Source of the DNA: Lama glama
Lineage: Eukaryota
Direction of reading: 5' to 3'
DNA length: 64,000 nt
NCBI GenBank assembly: GCA_028534125.1
Contig: CM052816.1
Location: forward strand, 2,482,001-2,546,000
Shown here: positions 23,995-34,924 of the stretch, piece after piece
How the letters are laid out: the number at the start of each line of letters is the position of its first letter
How positions within the stretch are numbered: the first letter of the stretch is position 1
Translations under genes and position numbers: made by a program
Notes under the pieces: generated by a model
What the model was told of the DNA's origin: nothing
The model's database searches: none
Seen by the model: the letters and a program-made list of their open reading frames with translations, nothing else

Positions 23995-24322
23995 AGGTGG
24001 TGAAGCAATGCTCCGTGTTCACTATAACATTTCCTCTTCCTTGACACGCAGGAAGATTTCATTTCCCTGCCTCTCCTGTAGTTGTATCTGCACCATCTCA
24101 ATTAATCCAGGCCAGTGGAACAAAAATGGAAGTGATGTCAGTCCTGACCCTTAAAAGCATCCCTTGTGATCCTCCAGCTCTCTCTTCTCCGGCCCCACCA
24201 ACCTGAAGACCACTCACATGGCATTCCTACATGTGTCAATGAGAAATTCGCTCTTAGAGTGTTAAGAGCCACTGAGATGTGGAGTTTGTCTGTCATGACA
24301 GTAGCACTAATTTCCCTAATAC
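23995..24322 (+). mobile_element. Old MaLR LTR (MLT1I/J-like)
   Basis: 'catttccctgcctctcctgtagtt...ggccagtggaa...ggaagtgatgtc...gtgttaagagccactgagatgtggagtttgtctgt'. Confidence 0.65.
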
Positions 24323-25469
24323 TTGCTGGGGGAAAACTTGATTTTCCCCTCAGCCAGTGGGTTCTATTTCCTCTGGTCAAGAGACCAGCCCCACTGAGAC
24401 CTTAATCTTGGTTCTGCCTTCCTGGGGGAGGAAGTCTGATTGATCCTCCATTAGCTGAAGCCAGGGCATGGAGCCCACGGCAGAAAGGAGGTTTCTCCCA
24501 CAGGAAGCATGTGGATTGAGGGCGTGAGAGACTCAGTTCTTAGAAAACAGGAGATACATTCCACAGAGGTGGGCCCGACCAACAACTCAATAGATACCTC
24601 TGCTTCGAGTCCTCCCAGCCTATTTCCCCAGGTGCTAGGAGGAAGAGACGTCCAGAGAGCACCTTTAGAAGGTTCTAAGCTTCACTCTGCCAACATCGGC
24701 CTCTGTAACACTTGGATGTAAGCAGAGGTGAAAAAGACCACTCTTTGCTGAAGGTCCTTTACCCCATCCCAGGATCTCTGGCATCGTTGCCAAGGAAGCT
24801 TCCAGCTGCGAAAGGCCAACCATGAAGCTGCAAGTCATTTTCCATACGCCACTGAACAGCTGTCAGATGTTAATAAATGTGACTAAGTACCACCCAGGAG
24901 CTGGATTTTGCGGACAAGAAGTAAAACGTTTCCAGGTCCATGACACAGCTAGTCATGCCCTCTGTTCCTCAGGAAGGAGGCTTATCTTCCCGGGGAGGAG
25001 GAGAGCCTGGTCCCTGGAGTAGATGCAGCCCCTGTCCCCCTCCAGCGCTGTTCTGTGAAAGCCTTTTGCCTGTGGGGTTGTGATGCTTTATAAAGACAAA
25101 CGAGCATTTGTGGCCTCCCTCCACTGACGGCCCTACAGAGGCAAGCAGGTCTGATTTGCAAGCGGTTCATTTAACACGCACGAGAACCTTCCAAATGTTT
25201 TCCAACCCAGTGGCCTTAAATGCCAACCACGGGGTGGGTAGCGGGAGTGGGTGGCAGCTTAAAAACTTTTTTTTTTTTTGCAAGAAGGAGGAGGAGGTAG
25301 CTGGCAAGCCTAGGAAAGCTCCCTAATAAATCTATGAACATTCCAGGAAGGGAGGGGCAGAAGAGTTTGGAATACGAAGCTCTGCTAGAGGGAGTGAACA
25401 GAATGTCTGTTGGGAAGACAAGGACAGATGACAGCACGACACAGGGTCTGACGGGAACCGTGGGAGGCT

Positions 25470-26285
25470 GGTGGCTGACGTGAACCCTGCTCTCTCTACC
25501 TCCAAAGTACAGCTCGAATCCACCCAGTCCCCATCTCCACTGCCAGCTCTCCCGGGCCTCCCGGCTGTGGCAACAACCTCCTGACTCACCTCCCTACCCT
25601 CACTTCTACCCACTTTCCCATCCGTCTTCACCAGCAGCCCAAGTTATCTGTTTAAAATGTAAGAAAAAAAAAAAACGAAAAAAAGGTAACTTAAAGAAAT
25701 GGAAAGATATCCCATGCTCTTGGACTGGAAGAATTAATACTGTTAAAATGCATTCCCCCCCCTCCCCAAATATTGGAGCACGAGTCTCTCTTGCCTCAAA
25801 TTCTCCAAAGTCTTGGAAGAAAGCTGGCTCCTCACTGTGGTCATGACTGGGCTGAGCATGACCGGCCTCCTCCTCCTCATCTTATTCCACCCTCTCTCCT
25901 GAACCGCCCCGCAGCCTCGCTGGTTTCCCTGTTTCCTGAAGTCACCAGATGCATTCCCTCTGCCGGCTGTGGCTCCCTCTTGCAGGGGGTCCATCTTTCC
26001 TCACTCCTCTCCCCTTCAGCTTCCACATCACCTCCTCCGAGAGGTCTTCCTGGACTCTGTTTAAGTAGAAACCCCTTCCCACTTCCATCATTACACCCTG
26101 CTTGTTTCCTTGGTAACACTTATCACATACGTCGTCACAAATCCATGCGATTGTTTCCTGAGTATCATGGGTACCTCCTGCTGGATATAAACACCACAGG
26201 GGCCAGGACCACGGCTGTTCCCTTTGCCAAAGGACTGCCCAGGGCTCAGCATAGCTGCTGGTGCTCAGAAATACTGGGTAATAAA
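25470..26285 (+). mobile_element. L2 fragment, interrupted at ~25660-25767
   Basis: 'ctctacctccaaa..tac..ctcgaatccaccc','caacaacctcctgact','gcagcccaagttatctgtttaaaatgtaa'; ends 'gctggtgctcagaaatactg'. Confidence 0.7.
25682..25750 (+). mobile_element. Isolated internal L1 ORF2 fragment
   Basis: Translates [23 protein letters not shown], against the L1 ORF2 motif K.[21 protein letters not shown]. Confidence 0.85.
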
Positions 26286-26289
26286 ATGA

Positions 26290-26545
26290 AAGGCCTGGCC
26301 TCACAGCACAAGGTCTGGAGTAAGGTGGACCTGGCTTCGGCTCCCAGCTCCGCCCCTTGTCAGCACTGAGGCCGCAGGCAGGTGGCCTCCTCTCCAAGCC
26401 TCTATTTCTCTTAGTGTCGTGGAGATAAGAATGATGCCCCTCTTCCACTTGGGGAGAGGGTGACACAGCGCATGAGAAAGTTCTCAGCGGCACGAACGCG
26501 CTGCGAGAGCTCAAAACACGTTAGCTGCTTTTATTGCTATTAAAG
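26290..26545 (+). mobile_element. MIR
   Basis: 'gcacaaggtctggagt..ggtggacctggcttcggctcccagctccgccccttg...gagctcaaaacacgttagctgcttttatt'. Confidence 0.7.
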
Positions 26546-27559
26546 TTCATAGAATTGGTACTGTTGTTATTAGCTGGCTCATGACCCCAAATCCTGACTG
26601 GGGAAGAGTGAACAGGCCTTTCCCGTGGAACGTGCGTGCATTTCTTTTTTTTTTTTTTTTTTAATTATCATGGTGGTGGATAACCCCCAGCCTTCTGTTC
26701 TCCTCGCTTTCTACCAGACAGCATTTTACCACAAAGAGCGGCTGCTGTTTCTCTAACGGCAGTCACACACTTAATGCTTCAATTTCCACATTTTATTTTA
26801 CATGTAATTTAAAGCCCATGGTGCCTTAATTGTAAAATAGGCCTTATTAAAATAATAGCTTGAAAACCAGTGGGGCTCCCTGTGCCGAGCAATGAGGGTT
26901 TTTAGCTTAACGGCTGTTTACTGGGATTTAAAAAGAGACACAACCCAAATAAAGCTGTAAAGACATTTCCAGCGTGAGTGATGGGCCGAGGACCAGCTGA
27001 TAATTAAGCTCCCCCCCCCCGCCCCCACACGGGTTTTTTTCCTTTCAGAGCTGTCTGGAGCTTTTCCTTAGAAATCCGAAGCACATCCTTTGCTGCTTTT
27101 ATGATTGATGAGGCAGTGAGGATACTTCAGGACAACTAAGCAACGTGGTGCTTTGATTAATGATGCTGGTGGGGCTCCCAGAAGACAGAAGAGAGTAACA
27201 CCGTTATCAGGAAAGCAGCCGAAGCTGCAGAGAGGGGCAGCAGCTCCCAGGCCCAGGCGGACCTCGAGGCACCCACGGGCAGGCACCCACCCATGGGTAG
27301 GGTCTTCAACGCCGCCCGAACCCACCCTCTCCTCCTGGAGGGCCAGAAGCCAGCGTGGAGGGGACCAAACGGCATCATCTCCCACTGAATCCAGAAAACT
27401 CGCACTGAGCACAGTGGGGGGTCCCTGGAAACCCCAGAGGATGAAACACACAGGAGCCAGAGGAGTCTCAGGCTCTGTCGTAGTCACGATGGGTTTTTTC
27501 GATGTGATCTTTCTCAGGCAGCAACCGTCAGATAAAGAGCTCTTATTCAGAGTGTAGGA

Positions 27560-27995
27560 AAAACAATAGCTTCCATCCATTGAACACTGACTTTATGTTA
27601 ACTCATATTGAATCCTCACAATAACCATGAGGTGAGCATTACTATTATTCTTCCTACTGTATGGCTAAGGAAACCTGGACTCAGACAGACTCTGCATAGC
27701 TCCATATAGCTCTTGAGCTATAACCGCACCTCAAATCCAAGAAGGCCCCATGGCTAAGCCTATGCTTTTGGCCACTTCCCAGAAGAGAGCCAGGGGCATC
27801 ACAGGAAGACATCCAACCTGGTTTCAGACCACCTGGGTTTTAGGTCCTGCCTCTGCTGCTCACTGTGTGACTTTGGGTGAGATGCTTACCTCTCTGTATC
27901 CCAATGTCCTTGAATAGGAAACTGGATACATCCTCTCTACCTCATAAAGCTTTTGTGAGGATCAAACAAATTAACATCTACAAACGTTCTTTGCA
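27560..27995. mobile_element. Two adjacent MIRs (minus ~27560-27780, plus ~27790-27995)
   Basis: 'tgaatcctcacaataaccatgaggtgag..ttactattatt' then 'cagaccacctgggtttt..gtcctgcctctgc..ctcactgtgtgactttggg'. Confidence 0.7.
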
Positions 27996-28074
27996 AGGTA
28001 AGAACCCCAGTGGACTATTCATTATAGCAAACCTGTCAAGTGAACCTGCACAGAAAAGCATTTATAAAGCAAAT

Positions 28075-28320
28075 CAACACTTAAGAGCCAAGCAAATTAA
28101 GATTCCTGGTTCTAGAGGAACCCAGTATAATTTCTGGCTCCTAGGTGTATGACTTTGGGTGGACCACATGATCTCTCTGAATCTCAATTTTCTACTCTGT
28201 AAAGTCAAGTAATACCCATTTCTCAGCACTGCTGGGAGAATTCCATGATATTTGCCCACAGAGCAGCCTAAATGCTGCCTGACACACGAGACCCCTGGAC
28301 GTTAGCTACTGCTATTATCT
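28075..28320 (+). mobile_element. MIR
   Basis: 'gtatgactttgggtggaccacatgatctctctgaatctcaattttctactctgtaaa'. Confidence 0.7.
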
Positions 28321-28889
28321 CTTTCATTTCTTTCCCTTCAAGCCACAGTCCACTCCCTCATTACCCACTCGGGCAGTGCTGTGTCTGACTTTCTGGTTGT
28401 CTCTCTGAACCTCTGTGGCATTATAGACTAAAAAAGGAAATATGAGTCAAAGAGTGCCGTGAGGCTCCAACACTGTGGTTTTGAAAGTCAATATGCCTGT
28501 CAATAGCTGGCCTCCTGGCATCTCCAGGGACCACCCATGGACGTGTTGCTGAGCTCTGCAAGCCCCCGCACACACCATGCATGCATGCACGGAGAAGCTT
28601 CACGATGGTAGCAAGTGCAGCCCAGAGCAAGGGCTGTGTCGCTGTCGGGCCAGAGCACCTGCAGCCTCCCTCGTGAACAAGGATTTGAGCACAAGACCAG
28701 CCGACTGCCCCTGCCCGCTCCCACACCCGTACGGTGACTGCAGGCACCACTCCACACTGTGTCCGTGACTGCACAGCCCTTCACGCTTTACAAAGTGTGT
28801 TCACATCCCTCACGCTGAACAGCGAGTGGAAAAACACACAGGGATCATTCTGGATCGGCCTGGGCCAAAACTGCAAAGCAGAACGCAAA

Positions 28890-29234
28890 AAACAGTGGCT
28901 GCTGTCACGGTGTGTGAAACCAGACCGACCTGGGTTTGAAGCATGGTTCTGCCAATTCAGAGTTCTGTGATCTTGGGCAAGTTCCTTAACTTCTCAACTA
29001 CCTTTTCCTTCTCTACAGAAGTAGCTAAGCATAGTGGTTCAGAAGGCAGCTCTAGCACCAGAATGCCGGGGTTCAAATTCAGGGTCTGATACATCCTAAC
29101 TGCGTCTTCTCAAATAAATTTACTGACTTCATTACCTATAAAGTGAGGAGAGGTCTTCTGTGAGGATGAAGTGAAATTTAAAATACACATAAAGCCCTTA
29201 CTGTACTAGCAAGCACTAAACAAACATGGGCTGT
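28890..29234 (+). mobile_element. Two tandem or nested MIR pieces
   Basis: 'ccagaccgacctgggtttgaa...tgtgatcttgggcaagttccttaac' and 'agcatagtggttcagaaggcagctctag..ccaga...tgtgaggatgaagtga'. Confidence 0.7.
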
Positions 29235-29575
29235 TGTGTCCGTCGGGAGGGATCCAGCTCTGCTCCAGTGCAACTTAAACCTTGACACCACAGTGGATAA
29301 GCACAATCCAGGTTTATTTCTTACTCATGAGAGGGGAGGGATTTCTTCTCTATCAGGCAACTCAGGGATCTAGGATCTTTTCGTCTTTGACATTGCCTCA
29401 TCACCCAGTGGCTTTCAAGTTCACTGTCGCCAAGAAAAAGGGGAAAGAGCCATGGCGCGCGCCTTCCTCGGCGCAGGCGCAGACGTGGCTCCTCCCATTC
29501 CCGCTCTTCGCCCTGCAGTCCGAGCTGGTGGCATTTCCCTGGCCTCACTGCGCAGAAGTGGTTACCACCGCCAGT
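29235..29575 (-). mobile_element. Degenerate MaLR LTR (MLT1J/K/L-like), CpG-rich at one end
   Basis: 'cagtggataagcacaat..aggtttatttcttactcatg','ggcaactcagggatctagg'; a MIR tail resumes at ~29580. Confidence 0.5.
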
Positions 29576-30014
29576 CGGGCTAGGTGCCTACATCACACTG
29601 CTGCTGCTCGAGATTAAATGGGAATGTGTGTGGAATGCTTAGCCCGGTTCCTGCCACAGGGTTAGTGCCTGTCGTGCGCTCTGATGATAGTTACTGCACT
29701 GCTAGGCTCGGTGCCTGTCTGACTTGATTCGGGGCAATTCTGACTCAGATCAAACCACTGGTCGTTGCCAACCAAAGTCCAAGGTAGGTCCCAGGTATTC
29801 TTAGTAGCCATGTTCGCCCCTCATCTTTATCAGTGTGTCCCTCCCTTTCTGCATCCCTTTTCTGTCTTCCAGTGTCCTCAGGGTGCTGGGCACCCTTCAG
29901 TGAACCCCCAGTCATTTTCTTACTTGCATTCCACCAAGAAACAGCTTCAGTGTTACATGACGATGTTTGATGTTCAGCGTGCTCTCACGTGACTCTTGTT
30001 ACAAGGTACCGATT

Positions 30015-30250
30015 CATTTAGGAAGCTCTGACTGAGTGCCCACCAGGTGCCAGGAACGGGACCAGACACAGGTGCTCACAATAACCTGGGTGGTCACGCA
30101 GAATTCTCAGGCTTTTTTTTTCCCCTCCACATGAGCCAACTGAAGCTCAGAGATCAGGGGACTGTTTTAAGCCACACAGCCTGTGTGAGATGGGGGCAGA
30201 CTCATCTCAGGATGAGTCCCCATCAAGAGCCATTTCTACTCTCCTCCCGG
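30015..30250 (-). mobile_element. MIR
   Basis: 'actgagtgcccaccaggtgccagg...catgagccaactgaagctcagaga'. Confidence 0.6.
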
Positions 30251-30754
30251 GCCCTCTGTAACTGACTTCTGTCCATCCTCCTAAGTGGTTACACATGCTG
30301 TGGGCCTTTCCTAAGCCTTACTTATGCCTTTCTCCCTCAGTGACTTAAACTTGATAAATTTAGTAATTCAAATTAAATCCCTGCGGAAAATAATGGCTTA
30401 ACATAGTGTTCCTGCCTGGAACATTCTATGGCGAAAGATGTACCATCTTAGCCCAGAGTGTGCTAACCACTAATAGTAGACACCAAGCACTCATCACCCA
30501 GCCACGGGAGATGCCACTGTCAGTCAGGACAGACACTGGGGAGGGTCCTCAAGTCACAGTGCCTAAGTAACAGATTTCCATACAAATGAAAAGGCTGGTC
30601 TTTCCAGCCTTGGTGGCAATATCCAAAAAGTGAAGACTCAAAGGAACACTCAACTCAAGGAATTTATACTCTCAATGGGGATTCAGGACCACCACATACA
30701 AAGAAGGCACCACGTGGATTCCCTCACACAGGTATTTTTTATGCTTTGAAACCC

Positions 30755-30972
30755 CCCTTCACTGAGTGCAGATTCTTGGGCCAGGTATGCTAGAATATTA
30801 TTTAAATCCTCACAACCCACATGTGGTGTCAGGATTATGTATCCCGATTTTCCCTTGCAGATGAGAACATGGAGGCTCAGAGAGGTTAAAATGACTGGCC
30901 AAAGCCACACAGCAATTGTCAAAACTGAAATTTAAACTAACCTCCAAAGTCAGCACTCTCCATACTACCATA
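30755..30972 (-). mobile_element. MIR
   Basis: 'tttaaatcctcacaaccc...ttgcagatgagaacatggaggctcagagaggttaaaatgactggcccaaagccacacagc'. Confidence 0.85.
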
Positions 30973-31360
30973 CGACAGCAGGAAGCCACAGAGGGGACTG
31001 GCCTTGAAAGAGGCTAAGAGGTGGGTTGCTTTTCTCACGGAGGTCCCCAGGGTCCTGGCACATCAGTGTGGCATCTCAGAGGCTAGACGGCGATGCCAGC
31101 CAGGCAGAACTCTGCGTCTCCCAGAGAAACTTCACTTTTGTTACTTTCCACACTGGATTTTCTCATAAATATTTTGTTTAAAAAATACGTCCCACTGCAG
31201 AAAGTAGAGAGAAGGAAAGTAAAAACAAAAATCAAAAAAGGGAACTAAAAACTACAGTTTCGTATCCTGGTCCCAATTTTAAGAACTAGACATTAAAGCT
31301 CAGGAGGTGAACAGATTTGCCTAGTGATCAGACAGAGCTGTAGGAGACAGGCTGTGGTTT

Positions 31361-31578
31361 AGAGAAAGCTTGGCAGCCCTTTTGTGTAAAGGGCAAGATG
31401 GTAAACATCTGAGGCTTTGCCCCGTAGTCCCCGTCACAACTACTCAGCTCTGTCATTGTCGTGAGAAAGCCACAGACAGCACATAAACGAGCGAACATGC
31501 CGATGTTCTAATAAACTTTATTTACAGAACAGGCTGAGGGCTGGGTTTGGTCTTAGGCTGTAGCTTACAGACCTCTGC
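31361..31578. mobile_element. MER58A hAT-Charlie MITE
   Basis: 'tgtaaagggcaagatggtaaa...gtcacaactactcagctctgtcattgt...tgttctaataaactttatttaca'. Confidence 0.85.
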
Positions 31579-31943
31579 TTTGGAACAAAGGATTTTTAAC
31601 TTATTTATTTAGTACTTTTTCTACAAAAACAAAGCTTCTTCCTTCAGGGCAGATGAATTGGACAGCCCTGCTACTTTCTTAATGATGAAAAAAATGGAAG
31701 ATCAAAGCTGGAAAGCACATGAGGGTTTTATAAAACAAAGCATGGATAAAGAGTAAGACTGACATTAGACATATTAGCATGGTGGTGGGGGAGGTGCGCA
31801 GAGCTCCAGGGATGCAGAATAAAAGGGAATCAAAAACGAGTGATTTAAAGGAAGGATCCTGCCCTGATGATGATGTTAATGTGTCATGAACAGAGAGGTG
31901 TGACTAACTCAACTCCCTGCACCCAGGGTCTAAAATACATGAA

Positions 31944-32070
31944 TCTATTTGGGAATCGGGCAGAAGTGACGATTGCATAACACTGTATACGCACTAAATC
32001 CCACTGGACTGTCCACTTTAAAGTTGTTAATTTCACACTATGTGGATTTCATCTCAGTAACAAATTTGTG
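31944..32070 (+). mobile_element. Short old L1 3' end with 11-bp TSD
   Basis: 'tgcataacactgt...actaaatcccactggactgtccactttaaa..gttaattt...tatgtggatttcatctca'; TSD aaatacatgaa 31933-31943 / 32071-32081. Confidence 0.75.
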
Positions 32071-32214
32071 AAATACATGAACAGTTAAGTGAAACCACAA
32101 AAGACTTGGAAATGAAATGGTATCATTCTACACAGGTGACCCTTCATCTTGCCTCAGGTCCCAGAATTGCTGACGGTTTCCTCGGACGAGGGAGACAATC
32201 ATCTCCTATGTCGG

Positions 32215-32415
32215 GGGGGCAGCATGGTGTGATTTTTATTTCCCTTGCTTTGGTGTCAAATGAGTCTGTTTCTGATTCCTAGCTTCCTTGGGCCTCAGTT
32301 TCCTTACCAGTAAAACACTGGTCATCATGTGTACCATTTAGGATGGCTGTGGTCATTAAAGGAGATTCTGGCATAAACACTCAAATCTAAGAAGTGTTCA
32401 ATAAAAGCAGCTTTG
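32215..32415 (+). mobile_element. MIR
   Basis: 'gggcctcagtttccttaccagtaaaa...gtgttcaataaa'. Confidence 0.65.
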
Positions 32416-32514
32416 AACCTCTTTCTTTCTTCAAAACCCATGGCTTTTATTCCTTAACTCAGTCATTCATTTATTCATCATTTACTGAGCTCTTTGTATG
32501 TTCCAGGCAGTATA

Positions 32515-33015
32515 ACTATACTCGTGTCTATTGCTGTGTAAAAAACTATCCTCAAGATTTAGCAGCTTAAAGCAACAAACTTATTATCTCATAATTCCTA
32601 TAGGTTAGGAATTCAAGGAATATCTTCATGATTTTGGCTCAGAATCCCTAACGAGGTGCCCGTTAAGACATGGGCTAGGGCTTCAGTCGTCTGGAGGCCT
32701 GACTGGGTCTGGTGCACCTGCTTCCAAGACAGTTTACTCACGTAGCTGTTGGCAAGAGGCCTTGGCCCTTGCTGAGTGGCCCTCTCTATACGGTGCTCTC
32801 TTGAGGAAACTGCTGGCTTCCCCCAGAATAAGTGATCAGAGAGAGAGACAGAGACAGAGAGAACAGACCCAGTCCCCTATGTAAAACGTGATTAGTTCCA
32901 CCTTATTTTATTTATTCTATTTGTTAGAAACAATTCACACTCAAGGGGAAGGTATCACAAAAATGCATGAATACCAGGAGGCAGAACCACGGTGGGCCAT
33001 CTGAAGGCTGTCACA
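32515..33015 (-). mobile_element. MaLR solo LTR (MLT1F-like) inserted into an antisense L2 (~32455-33270)
   Basis: 'ctattgctgtgtaa..aacta.c.tcaa..tttagcagcttaaagcaacaaac','ctgcttccaaga','catgaataccaggaggc'; L2 'tcattcatttattcatcatttactgagc..tatgttccaggca' before it and 'gtctagtaggagagacagaca' after it. Confidence 0.8.
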
Positions 33016-33289
33016 GTGCCTTAGCATGAGCTCTGAGGGCAGAGTGAGGAGCTGAAGAGCCGTCTAACTGAAAGTCTAGTAGGAGAGACAGACACAGCAA
33101 GTTCTCGCGCACGTAAAAACATGACAAGTAATTAGGATAAGACGAGGAAGGAAAAGATGCAGTAAGTTACATAAGAGGCATGTAACCAGAGAACAGGACT
33201 CAGGAGGGAAGGAGAGGGACAAGAATCCATCTGTGAGGAAGATACACTTTTGCTGAGTTTGAAGAATGATTCGTAGTTAATGTTACGTC

Positions 33290-33904
33290 AAAAAGATGAT
33301 GGTTGCCTCAAAATGTTCGACACACAGTTACCGTATGGCTCAGAAATTCCACTCCTAGGTAAACAGCCAAGAAGAAGGAAAATGTATATCCACACAGAAA
33401 CTTGTACGCAGATGTTGACAGCAGCATTATTCGTAATAACCACAAAGTCTAAACAACTCAAATGTCCAACAACTGACAAATGGCAAAACAAAGTGTGGTA
33501 CATCCATATAACGGAGTATTACCTAACAGTAAGAAAGAACAAGATAGTGATATGTGGTACAACATGGGTGAACCCTGAAAATGTTATGGTGAGGAAAAGA
33601 AGTCAGACACCAAGGACCACACCCTGTAGAATTCCATTTGTGTGAAACGCCCACAACAGGGGCTAGAATAGAGACAAAAAGGAGATCAGTGATTGCCTTT
33701 GGCTGGAGGTGAAGAGTGGAGATGGAAAGTGACTGTTAGTGAGCAGGGGCTTTCTTTTTGGGGTGATAAAAGTATTTTAAAATATACTGTGGTGATGTTT
33801 GTGCAACTTTGTGAAAATACTAAAACCCACTGAATTGTACACTTTAAATGGGTGAATTGTATGATACATAAATTATTTCTTGATAAAGATGTTTTAGAAA
33901 AAAA
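33290..33904 (+). mobile_element. L1MB7/8-like 3' region
   Basis: 'ttccactcctaggta','tccacacagaaacttgtac','ttgtgcaactttgtgaaaatactaaaacccactgaattgtacactttaaatgggtgaattgtatg'. Confidence 0.9.
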
Positions 33905-34535
33905 CAAGATGCTCCTGCACCCCAATGTTCACAGCAGCACGATATACAATAGCCAAGACATGGAAACACCCTAAATGTCCACTGACAGATGACCGGAGAA
34001 AGAAGTTGTGGTATATTTATACAATGAAATACTATTCAGCCATAAAAAAGAATAAAATGATGACATTTGCAGCAACATGGATGGACCTGGAGATTGTCAT
34101 CCTAAGTGAAATAAGTCAGAAAGAGAAACATACTATATGATATCACTCATATATGAAATCTAAAAAAAAAAAGACACAAATGAACTTATTTACATGACAG
34201 AAATAGACTCACAGACATAGAGAACAAACTTATGGTTACCAGGGGGCAAAGGGGAAGGAATAAACTGGGAGTTCAAGATTTGCAGATATTAACTAATATA
34301 TATAAAATAGATAATCTACAAGTTTATACTGTATACTGTATAGCACAGGGAACTATATTCAATATAATATACTGTAGTTGCCTATAATGAAAAAGAATAT
34401 GAAAATGAATATATGTGTGTATATATATATATGTATGACTGAAATATTATGCTGTATACCAGAAATTGACACAACATTGTAAACTGACTATATTTCAGTA
34501 AATCACTTAGATTCTCCAAAAAAAAAAAAAAAAAG
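33905..34535 (+). mobile_element. Camelid-type L1 (ORF2 C-terminus plus 3' UTR), inserted in the A-tail of the older L1
   Basis: ORF 33925-34140 'MFTAARYTIAKTWKHPKCP...WYIYTMKYYSAIKKN..FAATWMDLE..ILSEISQ' is the L1 ORF2 end; poly(A) at 34518-34534. Confidence 0.92.
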
Positions 34536-34785
34536 GCACGGCAGCAGAGAGCATTGCTTCAGGTGGAAGAGAACACAGTGTAGGCGAGAAACTCAATGTG
34601 CCTGGAGTGTGGAGATTGGGGTGTTTTTCAAATTTCATAGAGTAAGTGCTCAATACATTAAAGCTAATTGTTATGAATAGATTGAGAGGACATATAGAGC
34701 ATGGGAAACCTTATTTTCAATGATTTTCCTAAGGAATGCCCCTAAGGGGTAGTGTTTGAAGCCTCTGTCACTTGGAGTGCCCTGT

Positions 34786-34924
34786 TTCTTGTTTTTAACA
34801 TTTTTTGTTTTTGGGAGGGGGAGGTAATTAGGTTTACTTATGTGTTAATGGAGGTACTGGGGATGGAACCCAGGACCTCATACATGCTAAGCATGCGCTC
34901 TGCCATTGAGCTACACCCTCCCTC
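34786..34924 (-). mobile_element. tRNA-derived SINE (camelid Vic-1-like)
   Basis: Minus strand reads GGGAGGGTGTAGCTCAATGGCAGAGCGCATGCTTAGCATGTATGAGGTCCTGGGTTCCATCCCCAGTACCTCC; same tail motif 'gaggtaattaggtt' as the copy at 7714. Confidence 0.9.

Noticed and set aside
25773..26514. 198-aa (+) and 190-aa (-) ORFs
   Set aside because: They lie within L2/MIR relics, have low-complexity composition and show no recognisable domain.
27068..27580. Overlapping 170-aa and 134-aa ORFs in a GC-rich patch
   Set aside because: No domain similarity and no convincing splice context; GC-richness alone lowers stop-codon frequency.
33280..34140. ORFs resembling real protein sequence
   Set aside because: They are C-terminal L1 ORF2 remnants, not host genes.
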